Below are positions 15,714 to 26,700 of a DNA stretch of 57,963 nucleotides, piece after piece. This DNA is from a virus (lineage: Duplodnaviria > Caudoviricetes). The notes below the pieces were generated by a model, which had not been told where the DNA came from, searched no databases, and saw nothing but the letters and a program-made list of their open reading frames with translations. How positions within the stretch are numbered: the stretch's first letter is position 1; every line of letters begins with the position of its first letter. The DNA lies in IMG/VR virus record IMGVR_UViG_3300031519_000025, positions 1 to 57,963 of that record; one strand, given 5' to 3'. Position numbers and translations under genes: made by a program.

Positions 15714-17435
15714 ATGTGGAATGAAAATTGGGAAAAAAACAAAGATTACCCTGCGTGGGGTGATAACGACGTCTACAAGAAGACTATATCCGGGGGATAT
15801 TTATTCGATGGAGAAACACCGAGAGAAGCTTACCTACGGGTTGCTAAAACGGTTGCTCGTAGATTATATAAACCGGAGATGGCAGAAACTTTCTTCGAGT
15901 ACATTTGGAGTGGGTGGCTTTGCCTCGCCTCGCCAGTATTATCTAATACAGGTACTGATCGTGGGTTGCCTATTAGCTGCTTCGGTATTGACGTTGCTGA
16001 TAGCATACAGGACATAGGTCAAAAGAATTTAGAGATGATGTTGCTCGCTAAGCATGGCGGTGGAGTTGGCATTGGAGTTAATATGATTAGACCCGCTGGC
16101 GCTAAAATTACAGGAAATGGAACATCAGACGGAGTCGTACCTTTTTGCAAAATCTATGATAGCACAATCCTCGCTACCAATCAAGGATCTGTCAGAAGAG
16201 GAGCTGCTTCCGTTAACATTAATATTGAGCATGACGATTTCGAAGAGTGGTTGGAAATTAGAGAGCCTAAAGGGGATGTTAACAGACAGTCGCTTAATTT
16301 ACATCAGTGCGCAATTGTTGGTGATAAGTTTATGCGTAAACTTGAACAAGGAGATGCAGATGCAAGAACTCGATGGAGTAAATTACTTAGAAAACGTAAG
16401 GCAACTGGAGAGCCGTATATTATGTTTAAAGGAAACGTTAATAAAGCGAATCCACCGGCATATAAAGATAATGGATTAAAAGTTCACATGACTAATATAT
16501 GCAGTGAAATAACATTACACACCGATGAAAGCCATAGTTTTGTATGTTGCTTGTCATCATTAAATTTAGCAAAATATGAAGAATGGAAAGATACTAACCT
16601 TATCTATGACGCCACGTTCTTTCTTGACGGAGTTATGGAGGAATTTATTCAAAGAGCCAAGGGGTTACGCGGGTTCGAAAATGCTGTTCGATCTGCGCAG
16701 AAAGGGAGAGCACTGGGCTTGGGAGTCCTTGGATGGCATACATATCTCCAAGAGAAAGGTATTCCTTTCGAAGGCTTACTCTCTCAGTTTGAAACTAGGA
16801 AAATCTTTTCGCAGATTAAAATTGAAAGCGAGAGAGCATCTAGAGACCTTGCAGAGATTTACGGAGAGCCTCTGTGGTGTGCTGGAACTGGTATGCGTAA
16901 TACTCACTTACGTGCTGTTGCTCCTACTGTTAGCAATAGCAAGCTTAGTGGGAATGTTTCGCCAGGTATTGAACCGTGGGCTGCGAATGTTTTCACGGAT
17001 CAAAGTGCGAAAGGTACTTTCATTAGAAAGAATCCGACGCTTGTTAAAGTATTAACTAAACATAATTTAAACAATGAAGAAACGTGGAATAAAATACTGG
17101 CTGACTATGGTTCAATTCAGGATATTGACGGGCTGGATCATATTACCGTGGGTGATCATGACATACCTGCCAAAGAAGTTTTTAAAACATTTAAAGAGAT
17201 CAATCAGCTGGAACTGGTTGCCCAAGCAGGATTGAGACAACAGTATATAGATCAATCTGTTAGTTTAAATTTAGCGTTTCCTGCAGTAGCAACACCTAAG
17301 TGGCTTAACAAAGTTCACATGGAAGCATGGAAGAAGGGTGTTAAAACTTTATACTATACACGTACTGAATCCGTGTTGCGTGGAGATCTTGCTGCCAAAG
17401 CAATGGACGAAGACTGCTTAGCCTGTGACGGTTAA
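15714..17435 (+). CDS. nrdA: Ribonucleotide reductase class I alpha subunit (no ATP cone)
   Basis: SPVLSN, ISCF, TNICSE, VCCLSSLN, APT.S, DQSVSLN, KTLYY, C-terminal CLACDG. Confidence 0.93.
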   Translation: MWNENWEKNKDYPAWGDNDVYKKTISGGYLFDGETPREAYLRVAKTVARRLYKPEMAETFFEYIWSGWLCLASPVLSNTGTDRGLPISCFGIDVADSIQDIGQKNLEMMLLAKHGGGVGIGVNMIRPAGAKITGNGTSDGVVPFCKIYDSTILATNQGSVRRGAASVNINIEHDDFEEWLEIREPKGDVNRQSLNLHQCAIVGDKFMRKLEQGDADARTRWSKLLRKRKATGEPYIMFKGNVNKANPPAYKDNGLKVHMTNICSEITLHTDESHSFVCCLSSLNLAKYEEWKDTNLIYDATFFLDGVMEEFIQRAKGLRGFENAVRSAQKGRALGLGVLGWHTYLQEKGIPFEGLLSQFETRKIFSQIKIESERASRDLAEIYGEPLWCAGTGMRNTHLRAVAPTVSNSKLSGNVSPGIEPWAANVFTDQSAKGTFIRKNPTLVKVLTKHNLNNEETWNKILADYGSIQDIDGLDHITVGDHDIPAKEVFKTFKEINQLELVAQAGLRQQYIDQSVSLNLAFPAVATPKWLNKVHMEAWKKGVKTLYYTRTESVLRGDLAAKAMDEDCLACDG

Positions 17436-17451
17436 GTAATATATTAAAATG

Positions 17452-17485
17452 AAAAAAGCCGACACTTAATTGCGTCGGCTTTTTT
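17452..17485. terminator. Bidirectional intrinsic terminator between the two genome arms
   Basis: AAAAAA-GCCGAC...GTCGGC-TTTTTT at the convergence point. Confidence 0.85.
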
Positions 17486-17525
17486 ATTATAGAATTTTCG
17501 AGGTGTGGTTGCCTGTTGTGTAATT

Positions 17526-17606
17526 CTATTTTGTTCTGTTCTTAAACATTAAGTAATATAAGAACGAGTTCCATTCGTGTTTTAGTTTTTGTATAAAGTT
17601 TTTCAT
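17526..17606 (-). CDS. Amphipathic peptide (26 aa)
   Basis: MKNFIQKLKHEWNSFLYYLMFKNRTK*, ATGA-coupled to upstream small gene. Confidence 0.4.
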   Translation of the reverse strand: MKNFIQKLKHEWNSFLYYLMFKNRTK

Positions 17607-17764
17607 TTTTTGTTTTTGTTTTTAGTTAATAGCCACCATTTGTGTATGGTGTATCCAATACTAGTAGCTAACAATGTAAGTTTAAGAGCCATGTCTACTT
17701 GAGACATTGATATGGCAAAAGTGCCAAGGTTTAATAGGTAAATCTTCAAATCGCTTATATTCAT
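17603..17764 (-). CDS. Small membrane protein, holin-like (53 aa)
   Basis: MNISDLKIYLLNLGTFAISMSQVDMALKLTLLATSIGYTIHKWWLLTKNKNKK*: two hydrophobic segments and basic tail. Confidence 0.55.
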   Translation of the reverse strand: MNISDLKIYLLNLGTFAISMSQVDMALKLTLLATSIGYTIHKWWLLTKNKNKK

Positions 17765-17774
17765 TTTAGTTAGT

Positions 17775-20700
17775 TTATTTTAAAGAATCTTGTCTTGTTT
17801 GGTTTAGGTTTCTTGTTTCAATATAAAATTGTCTTTTGTTTTGTAGCTGTATTATTCGTTCTATTCTATCTATTTCTTTCATTTTATATAATTCTCTTTT
17901 TTCTTTTATTGTAACCCCTAAGGCATTTAAAGAATCAAGTTGTTGCTTTTTTGAAAGCACTTTAAGTATTTCCCTTCTTTCAGGCTCGCTCATCTTCATA
18001 TCATAAGAAGAAATAGCCGCTTCTTTTTTAGCTATCTTTTCCTTTTTTAATTGCTCTTTTCTTGCCGCTTTATTTGTAGCAACTTCTTCTTCCGACATGA
18101 ACTTGGGATCATATAAACCTAAACTCCACTTGTCCCAACCCGCTGCTAAAGCTATGCTCTGTATAGGCGTTAATGCCTCATCTGTAAAAGCAGAATAAAG
18201 GTTGTTTACCTTTTGTATTAATCTATCCGCCGGCACATTGCTAACAGAAGAAAATACTTTGGCGTTTGCCATTAGCATAGGATTGTCAAAAGCGTATTGA
18301 CCAAATTCTTCTAATTCTTTTTGTCCCTGCTTTGTTGAATAATATTTATAAGTTTTAAAAGCGGAGTAAATCTTTTTAGTTTTAGAAGACAAAGGCGGTG
18401 ATATGGACAATGCTTCATTTATAACATTACCATAATCCGCTTTGTACCCTTTTTCTTTTTCCTTCATGTACTTAAGCACGGTATTCTTAGCGGTTATTGC
18501 TACTTTACCAGGCGATCCAGATCCAGAAATAAAACTGTCAAACATGCTATTAGCTATTCGAGTGGTTTTTTCGTCGTTATTCTTTTTATTAAAATCCTTT
18601 TGCTCTTGAGACATATCTTCGTCATCTCCTCCAAATAATCTTAAGAATTGGGATTGTTGTAATGCATAGAAAATATAACTTTGTACTGCTCCGTAATAAA
18701 GTATTTTAGAGATATTGGTTTTGGCGTCTCCTCTACCATAAGCTAAATCAAGTGTAGCCTTTTTAGTCATTCGGGTCATCTGCATTGGTGTGTTCGCGAA
18801 AGCAAATATCAATCTACCAGCGATACCTGTCTGTATATTAGACACTCTATCTTGTCTTGAAGATTGCTGAGACTCTTCTGATACTTCTCTGAAATCTTCA
18901 AAAGCACGCTTTTTAGCCGCTTCAAGTGTTAGCCCTTGCTTTACATAGGTTTTAGTTCTATTCATAAGGAAAGGTGTACCCCCAAAAGCTATAGCGAAAC
19001 TATCTGCCATTTGAGTAGGTTTAAACCCTATCTTTATAAGCCCATCATATAATGCTCTAGCTTTACCTTTACTTCTTTCAACAGCTTTAGCTATTTCAGC
19101 TTCTTCTACATTTATTTCTAGTCCACCTCTTCGCTGCTTTAAAAAATCAGAGTTGTATATTTCTAAGAAAGTTTTACCCCATTCTTTTGGCTTAGCAACT
19201 GCCTTACCTATTTCTAAAGGATTGTTGTCGCTCCAGTTAACATAGTTGACTGCGGATATTGTCTGTAGCACTGCAGATCTTGTATTCAAAAACATTATAA
19301 CACCTACAGAGCCATTTACATAATCCATACCGGCCTGAACATCTTTACCTAAATCAGATGATCTGGTTTTACCAGTCTTCATTCTAGATAACATTTCTTT
19401 AAGGTTAGTTACGTAGTCTTTTCCGTATCCAGCTTCTATTCTAGCATAGTTTTCTTCTGTAAACATTTTATCTACATTAGCTTCCCACTCCTTAAGAAAC
19501 TCACCTCTTACGCCTTCGGTAGCATACTTATATAATTCATATCTAGTATTACTTGAAAACCACGTTTCTCCTGGTCTGGGAAAAACTCTATCTGTTTTAG
19601 TAATACCCATTACTCCTTCCGCAAAAGCTTTAAGCCTTGCATCTCCATTGACTATTCTAACAAGGTTAGATATTTCGCCAGATTTTAATCCAGGTACATC
19701 ATAGCCTAACTTGTTATATATAAAAACTCGAGCTGCTTGATCTGCATTCATAGATGATTTCTCTAGCTTGGCCTTGGTCTCTTTACTTATAACCAAATCC
19801 ATTTGGCCTAATTGCTTTTCTAGCGCCTGGTAATCAGCCCCTAGTCTTTGTTTGTATGTGCTTATTGCATTTTCTGCGCGGTTAAACGGTCTTATTAAAG
19901 CCTCTTTTATTAAAGCCATGTCCTTATTTCCCTGCTCTCCTTTGCCGTAAAATTTATACATCATGCCTGCAAAATCTTCAGCGGCATTAGGAATGAACCA
20001 ATCGTAACGTCCTTTTTTACGCCCCATATTAGCGGCTACCGCAGCGGATAATTTTTCATTAGCTGGTATACCTTTTTTACGCTCGATCATTCCTGCCAAG
20101 GACTTTTCGAGGCTTAACTTTTTAGAAGCCATAATGGCTTGCTGGACTTTTGACTTTACATCGAACAATCCTAAAGCATCGCGAACAGCTTCTACATTTT
20201 TAATTGCATCATCAGCAAAGTAAAAGTCATTATAACCTTCTGCTACTTTACCCACCATCCATTCTGCTTTAGCTTTAGCTGCGCCATCACCTAGGCCTAC
20301 GATGTTATCAATTGGGATTTCTAATCCTTCTGATTTTAAAAATTCATATATAGCTTTAGCTGAGTTAGCTGGTCTTGCTGTTAAAACAAATAAATCTTTA
20401 TTAGTATACTTTCCTTCTTTCTTTTTAGCTTCTGAAAACAACGGGCCTAACTTACCTTTAACAACTTTACTAAATTCGCTAAAATCAAATTCAGCACCTT
20501 TAGCTTCTAAGGCTTCGGATTTTTTAGCAAACTCAGTTGCATTCAATTTACCTTTAGTACCGTCAGGCATCGTGTATAGCACGTTACTTTTTGTGCGAGC
20601 AAGCGTGTCATCAAAGTCAAAAACGCTAATGCCCTTTGGCTTTTTATTAGGATCACGCCCTTTTTCAAAAGCTTTGTCTATTATTATTGTTTTACTAGCA

Positions 20701-23700
20701 AATACACTAGAAGATATTACGTCGGACACTACCATGTTTTCAAGACCAACCTCTTTGATCATATCTATGTTAGCTTGCTTTAAGGCTTTATCAGCTAGTA
20801 AGGGTTGTTTTATAGCTGTCTCGGCGTACTCCCTGATCATTTCAGTGTAAGCGTTCTCTCCTGTTGTCCAATTGTAAAAATCTTTTAATGTTGTTACATC
20901 AATTGTTTTCAAATTGTTTTCAAACATTTTTGACACTAGCATTTTTAATCTTGCCGAATTTTCTATAGTTGTGCCTATTAGCCTATCCGTTAATAGTTGC
21001 CCGTTTTTACTTCCAATTACACTTATATATTGCGAAGTAATTTTTTTAATATTTGAAGGTGTTAATTTCCCGTCTATTAATGCTTCGATAACTTCAGCTC
21101 CAAATTGAGCCTTTGATATTAAGTGCTCGTTTTTTACACCAGCTTCAGAAATATTTATTCCGCCTGTTTTTTTATTTTTTGTTGTTACCTTAAGCCCCTT
21201 GTTAATACTTAATTCAATGTAATTTTCAGAAGAAAATCTTCTTATTCCGGCTCCGTCATTATTTAATAACATTTTACCAACGGCTATGGAAAATTGCTTT
21301 AACTCTGGGCTACCCGCTTCCATTTTACCTCCTATTTCTCCAATGGTGGCAAGTAAGGCGTCGAGCATTTTTTCTTTTACAGTTATATCTAATTTTGCTT
21401 CTTTTGCGTTAGGTAACTTTTTTATAGCCTCTTTCTTTTGCTGAATAGTTAAATCACTATCCATTTGCAAATCTCTTACGCTTTTTAAAAATTTCCTGCT
21501 TTTTAAGGATATACTTATTCCGTTACCAGCAAAATTGTTTTTTTGGGCAAAATTAATTGCGTCTGTCCAAAGCTCGCTTACTTCTTTTGAAAGATTTTTG
21601 GATCCTATTACATTTCTAGCTGTTTTAGTTTTAGGATCTAATATAAATCTATTTCTAAATTCCGGTGCTCCTAGTATAGTGCCACTAGCGGTACGCCTAC
21701 CCGTATAACCTAAAAGAGAGGCTAATAAATTTCCTGCTAAATTAGTAGATTCCGTAGCCGTAAATGTTTCAGTTATTTTAGGTAAATAAGAAAGAATTTC
21801 TTTAATAGCCTGGTCATACTCCATTAATTGTTCAGGAGCTGCTCCTCTGATATTGTCAAATTGCTCTGAAAAATCAATACCTCTTTCTGCTAATTTTGCT
21901 TTTAAGTCAGAGTTAATTTTATTTTGGTTTTTTATTAAAACAAAATCTTTTTGCAAATCATTCTGCGCTTTGCTTTCTATATAAAGTATAGCTTCTCTAC
22001 CCGCTTTAGTTTTTAATATTTCATTTATAGGCATCATATTGCCTTTAGAATCATAAAAAACTTCAATGCCTGTTCCGCCGTTATTTTTTACTATTTCTAT
22101 TACTTTAGATGCCATTACACCGGGGTTTCCTCGGTCTATTTCTTTAGCGATTACAGCTACATAGTTTTCTATTAGATCAACACCTATTTCTTCCTGTCTT
22201 GATTCTATTTGTGCTTTCATGGATTCTTTAGACAACGCTTCCATTACAGAATCAAATCCAAATTCTCCTGCAAATGCTTCCGCTATAGATCTTCTACGGC
22301 CATCTATACGCTTGCTACCGTCTCCTATAAAGTACTTTCTCCACTCAGCTAACGTTATAGCCTTCTTTGTAAATACAGTTCCACCAGCGGACGTTTTCTT
22401 CTTAAGTACCTTACCTGTTTTTTTGTCTATAGCAGGTTCTTTAAAATCCGCAAATCTTTTGTTAACAGCGGACTGACTTAAATAGTCTTTAAGTAACGGA
22501 TAAGCATTATCTATAAAAGCTTCGTATTCCGGGGTAGCGGTATAATTGTCCTTTAATCCACCCATTGTTTTTTCTAGCTTAGGGTATATTAAGTCAATGG
22601 CGTCTCTATAAAGCTTTTCTTTAGTAGTAGGGCTTTTTATAAAAGACTTCTTGCCTGTTCCAAATTTTTCCTCCAAAATTTTAGGGGATCTAACCCTCAT
22701 AGTTTCGGTAGGCTCGCCCTCTATTTCAATAGTAGCTTGCTCGCTTTTAGATATAACTATTTCTGCTGTTTTACCACTTGGTAGCTCTATCTTACCCTCC
22801 TGCTTGGCCTCAAGGTTTTTCAATGGAGTAGACATCAAAAGACGTTCACCCACAGTATTAATAGCCTCTTTGACTTCCTCAGGTAATTTTAGTGCAACCT
22901 CAGCTTTAATTCTGTTTATTCTAACATTCTGCTCAGGAGAGGATAAATCAACATATCCGTCAGAAACGCCTCCGCCTCCAAGCCCTTCACCTTCTGCTAA
23001 GTTGTCGATCTGCCCAGGATTTTTATCTATAGAAAATGTATTGAATATATCGCGGTACTCAGGCTTTTGCATTACCCCTAGTATGCGGTTATTTAATTGA
23101 CCAAAAACATAAGATGTCATGGTTGCTTCTCCACCTTCTTTAGCTAAGTCGACAAAAGATTGCACTCTATCTACTCTTACTCCAAACTCTTCAGCTTTTT
23201 TGCTTATTTCGGCGGGTGTAGCTTTTGGGTTTTCTTTTATATACTTTATTAAGTTTGCTCCTTTGTTGTAAGACACAACAGCACTTGGCACACTAGCGGT
23301 TCCTTTACCAGACGATAAAGCTACATCGGAAACAATGTCCTCTACAATTGCGTCAGGAATTTCTAATCCTTTTTTAACGATGTACGATCTTAGCTTTTTC
23401 CTAATTAATGGTTGCATTTCATAACCAACCATAACCCCTGCTTGCTCCGCGGTGCTCCCGCCCGCAATCATTTCCTCATATCCTCTTGTGGCTTTGCTAA
23501 ATATATCTTTCTTTTCGGAAGGTTCTATTTTAGCGGAACCTAAAGCCCCTGTGGCTTCTTTCTCAGAAAAGATTTCTTCCCCGTAAACAGTTTTTAACTT
23601 TTTACCGTCAATTATAATATTTTTAAATTGTTCGAATTTATTTTTAATTGCAGTAGCCGATCCGCCTTCCGCAACTCTACCTAGATCCGCTAAAAATTCT

Positions 23701-26700
23701 AAAACCTCTGCTCCAGTAGTAAAATTCTTTTTTGTGTTATATGGTAACCCTATGTCTGTAGCAGTATTAAGTATACTTCTTTTTAGCCCTGGCAAAACAC
23801 CATTTTCTAGCAACAACGCTTTGTTTGCGGGAGCAGCTAAGAATTCAACTACATTCATCACGTATTCCTCCGCAGGCTTGTTTTTAGCTCCAGGGTATGC
23901 TGTATCAATAGCTTCTTGAAAGCTTAACCCTTTTTGTCCATTAACAGTAAACTCAAGTCCTTTGAATGCCGTATCAACGGTTTTTTGTATTTTACCTTTA
24001 AACGCCTTAGCTACCTCTGGATTGTTCTTAAAGGCCATGTCCATAAATGCGTGTCCCACCTCCTGCGCAAAAACACCGGGCTTATACTGCAATAAGTCGA
24101 CCTTAAACGTTTTTCTAGCAGGGTCGTATTGAGCTTTGTTGCCGGGCTCTAATCCTCCTGGTAAAAGTTCTTTTCCTTCAGTTATGACTAGCTTAATATC
24201 TCCTTTAAATACCCCACTTTTAAAGACATTGTCGAATGCATTCGTTATTCTTCTTTGAGCAGAAGCTACGTTTGCTTCGTATTTATTTATTATTTTTTCT
24301 GTTACAAGTTTATCGGATTCGGTCATTGAAGAACCATCTTCTAATTTTCCGTCCCGCAAAGCTTTTCTAGCTTTTTCGGCCTGCGTTCTTTGGCTGCCTA
24401 TGTCTAGGTCGTTAAATTCTTTATCCGCTATTGCAATTTGTGCACCTAGTTCTTGTATTAAATTTATTTTTTGTTTTAGTTCTTTGCCCTTATATCTTCC
24501 TTCTTTAATTTCTTTGGCAATTTTTGTATAGGTGCTTCTGCGCTTAGACATGGAGTAAAAGTCTGTTGACTTTACATTTTGTACTCCTAATACACCAAAA
24601 ACTATACCATCTACAATCATTTGAGAGGTAGCTTCGTCCATGTCCCCAAAGTATTCTTCCATACTGGTTTCAAAAGCTTTAACTCCACCTAAGTCTTCTA
24701 CAAGTGCCTCTACTATTTTAGCTGTTTCTGCACCTGACACTCCCCCTGTTGCTCCCCCTATTATTTTTTGGCCTGCGATGCCTATAAATTTAGGTAAGAA
24801 AGCACCGCTAAGTTTGCCCCCCATGTAAAAACCTGCACCCCCGCCTGTTTTAGCTTCTCCTCTAGTAACTAATTCAAATTTAACCTCTTCTAAAGCAGCA
24901 CCGTATACATAAGAAAGAAGCTTTCTTCTTAAATTTTGCCCGGCTGAAAGTTTTGCTAGGGGCTTAGCTAGATCAACTATATATTTAGCAACACCTACCG
25001 CTCCCACAACTTTATTTAAAAGAGCAAATTCAGCAAGCACAGGCACAAAGCCAGCTACCCCTTCGGTAACACGCATGCCCATACCCCTTTTAAAAGTTTC
25101 TTTTTGTTTGTCGGATAATTCAATTCCCGCGTTTAAAAGTAATTTTTCTGCTTGGTCTAGTTCTTTTCTTTTAGTTGTTCCTATCCGGCTTATAGCTTCT
25201 TCCCCAAAAGTAGCCTCTCCTACGGTTTCAATAAATCTTGTTATGTAATCCGATCCATCGATTTCTACGGAACCCGGATCAATGTTAAGCACGTATGCGT
25301 TTTTTAAAGCCTCCCCTTTTAAGGATAAGCTTATTCTTTCGCTTGCTAAATCGTTAAGATAACCAAATTGCTGGCTTATATACGGCATTACCTTACCATA
25401 TCTATCTAAAGGAGGTTCTGTGTACAGGATCTCGTTTAACATAAGTTCACCCTCAGGTGTTTTCGTTTGACGAAAATTCATTAAATCCCCTATTCTAACT
25501 CCCCTGTAAATGCCCTGCTCATCTGCCTTGTAGCCGTAACTTTCTAATGCAATATATGAATTAGCTTTAAAATCAAATTTTTGATTAAGCTTGTTTTTTA
25601 AATTGTCTTTGTCTAGTATATGAGAAAAAAACTGCTGCTCCAAGCTTATTTCGTCTAGAGACTTGTACTGCTGTAGCAATTCGTTTGCTTGCTTTGTATA
25701 ATCCTGTGCTCCTATGTCAAAGGCATCAGCCTCCTCCTTGCTTACCATTTCTCCCGACTCGGGATTGAACAGCATCGTATAATTATAAAAACCTGTTCTA
25801 TACTGATTGTTAAGAGCTTCAAAAGCGGTTTCTAATTTAGGTTTTAATAATACTCTTTCTTTCTGAGCCTCCAAAGGATTTCCCCCTGTGCCTGTATTTA
25901 TTATACGAGTTAACCTTAAATACTCTTGCCTAAGCCCCGCAAAGTTTTGCTCCAAAGGATTCATTTTTGCAGTAAACTCGCTAAAGCCTGTTTTTATTGT
26001 ATCGTAATACAATCCTCCTTTTTTGTACTCTGTTGCCCTCTTATTATCTTCCTCGTAAAACTCTTCAACCTCTTTTACTCTAGCTTTCTCTAATCTGGCG
26101 GTTACCATTTTGTCAATACGTACATTGCTAGGCAACTCCAAGTTAGGATTATTTTTAGAGTAAACATCTACAATGTGCGCCCTAAGCTCTGGTTGCACAT
26201 TGTTTTCCATAAGTTGCGATACGCTATGTCCGTCTATCCCTAATTGATATATTGTATTGCTATTTAAAATAGCATCCGTTGTAGCTTTAAATGCGCGAAG
26301 CTCCTCGCCTTCTTTTACAGCTCTTCTTCCAAATTTACCCCCATAAGAACCGATTTTTGGGGGATCTATCCAGCCCAAAGGGCCCTCTAATAGAATCACG
26401 CTCTTTTTTTCTAATTCAAATTTAGGTATTTCCTTTTCTTTTTCTTCTAATACAGGAGGCTCTTCAACTTCTGGTATGTTGCTTAGCAGTGAATCCAAAG
26501 AAGTATCTACCTGTGGTAATTCCGTATCTTGTTGTGCTGGAGTTTCCGACACCACATCCGCACTCCCTGCAGGGTCTTGTGTAAAATCCTCTTGAGATAC
26601 CTCACTTGTTCCAGCAACACCACCGCTAGCCTCTAGTTGAGTAGCTCTTAACTGCTCTTCTGGGGTTTTTTCTGTCATGAAGTTATCATCAGCCTTCTTT

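Noticed and set aside
20604-20618. DFDDT as the catalytic DxDxD motif of a crAss-type virion RNA polymerase
   Set aside because: The motif is DxDxT after a hydrophobic strand and is followed by HAD motifs II-IV; the third Asp is not in RNAP register
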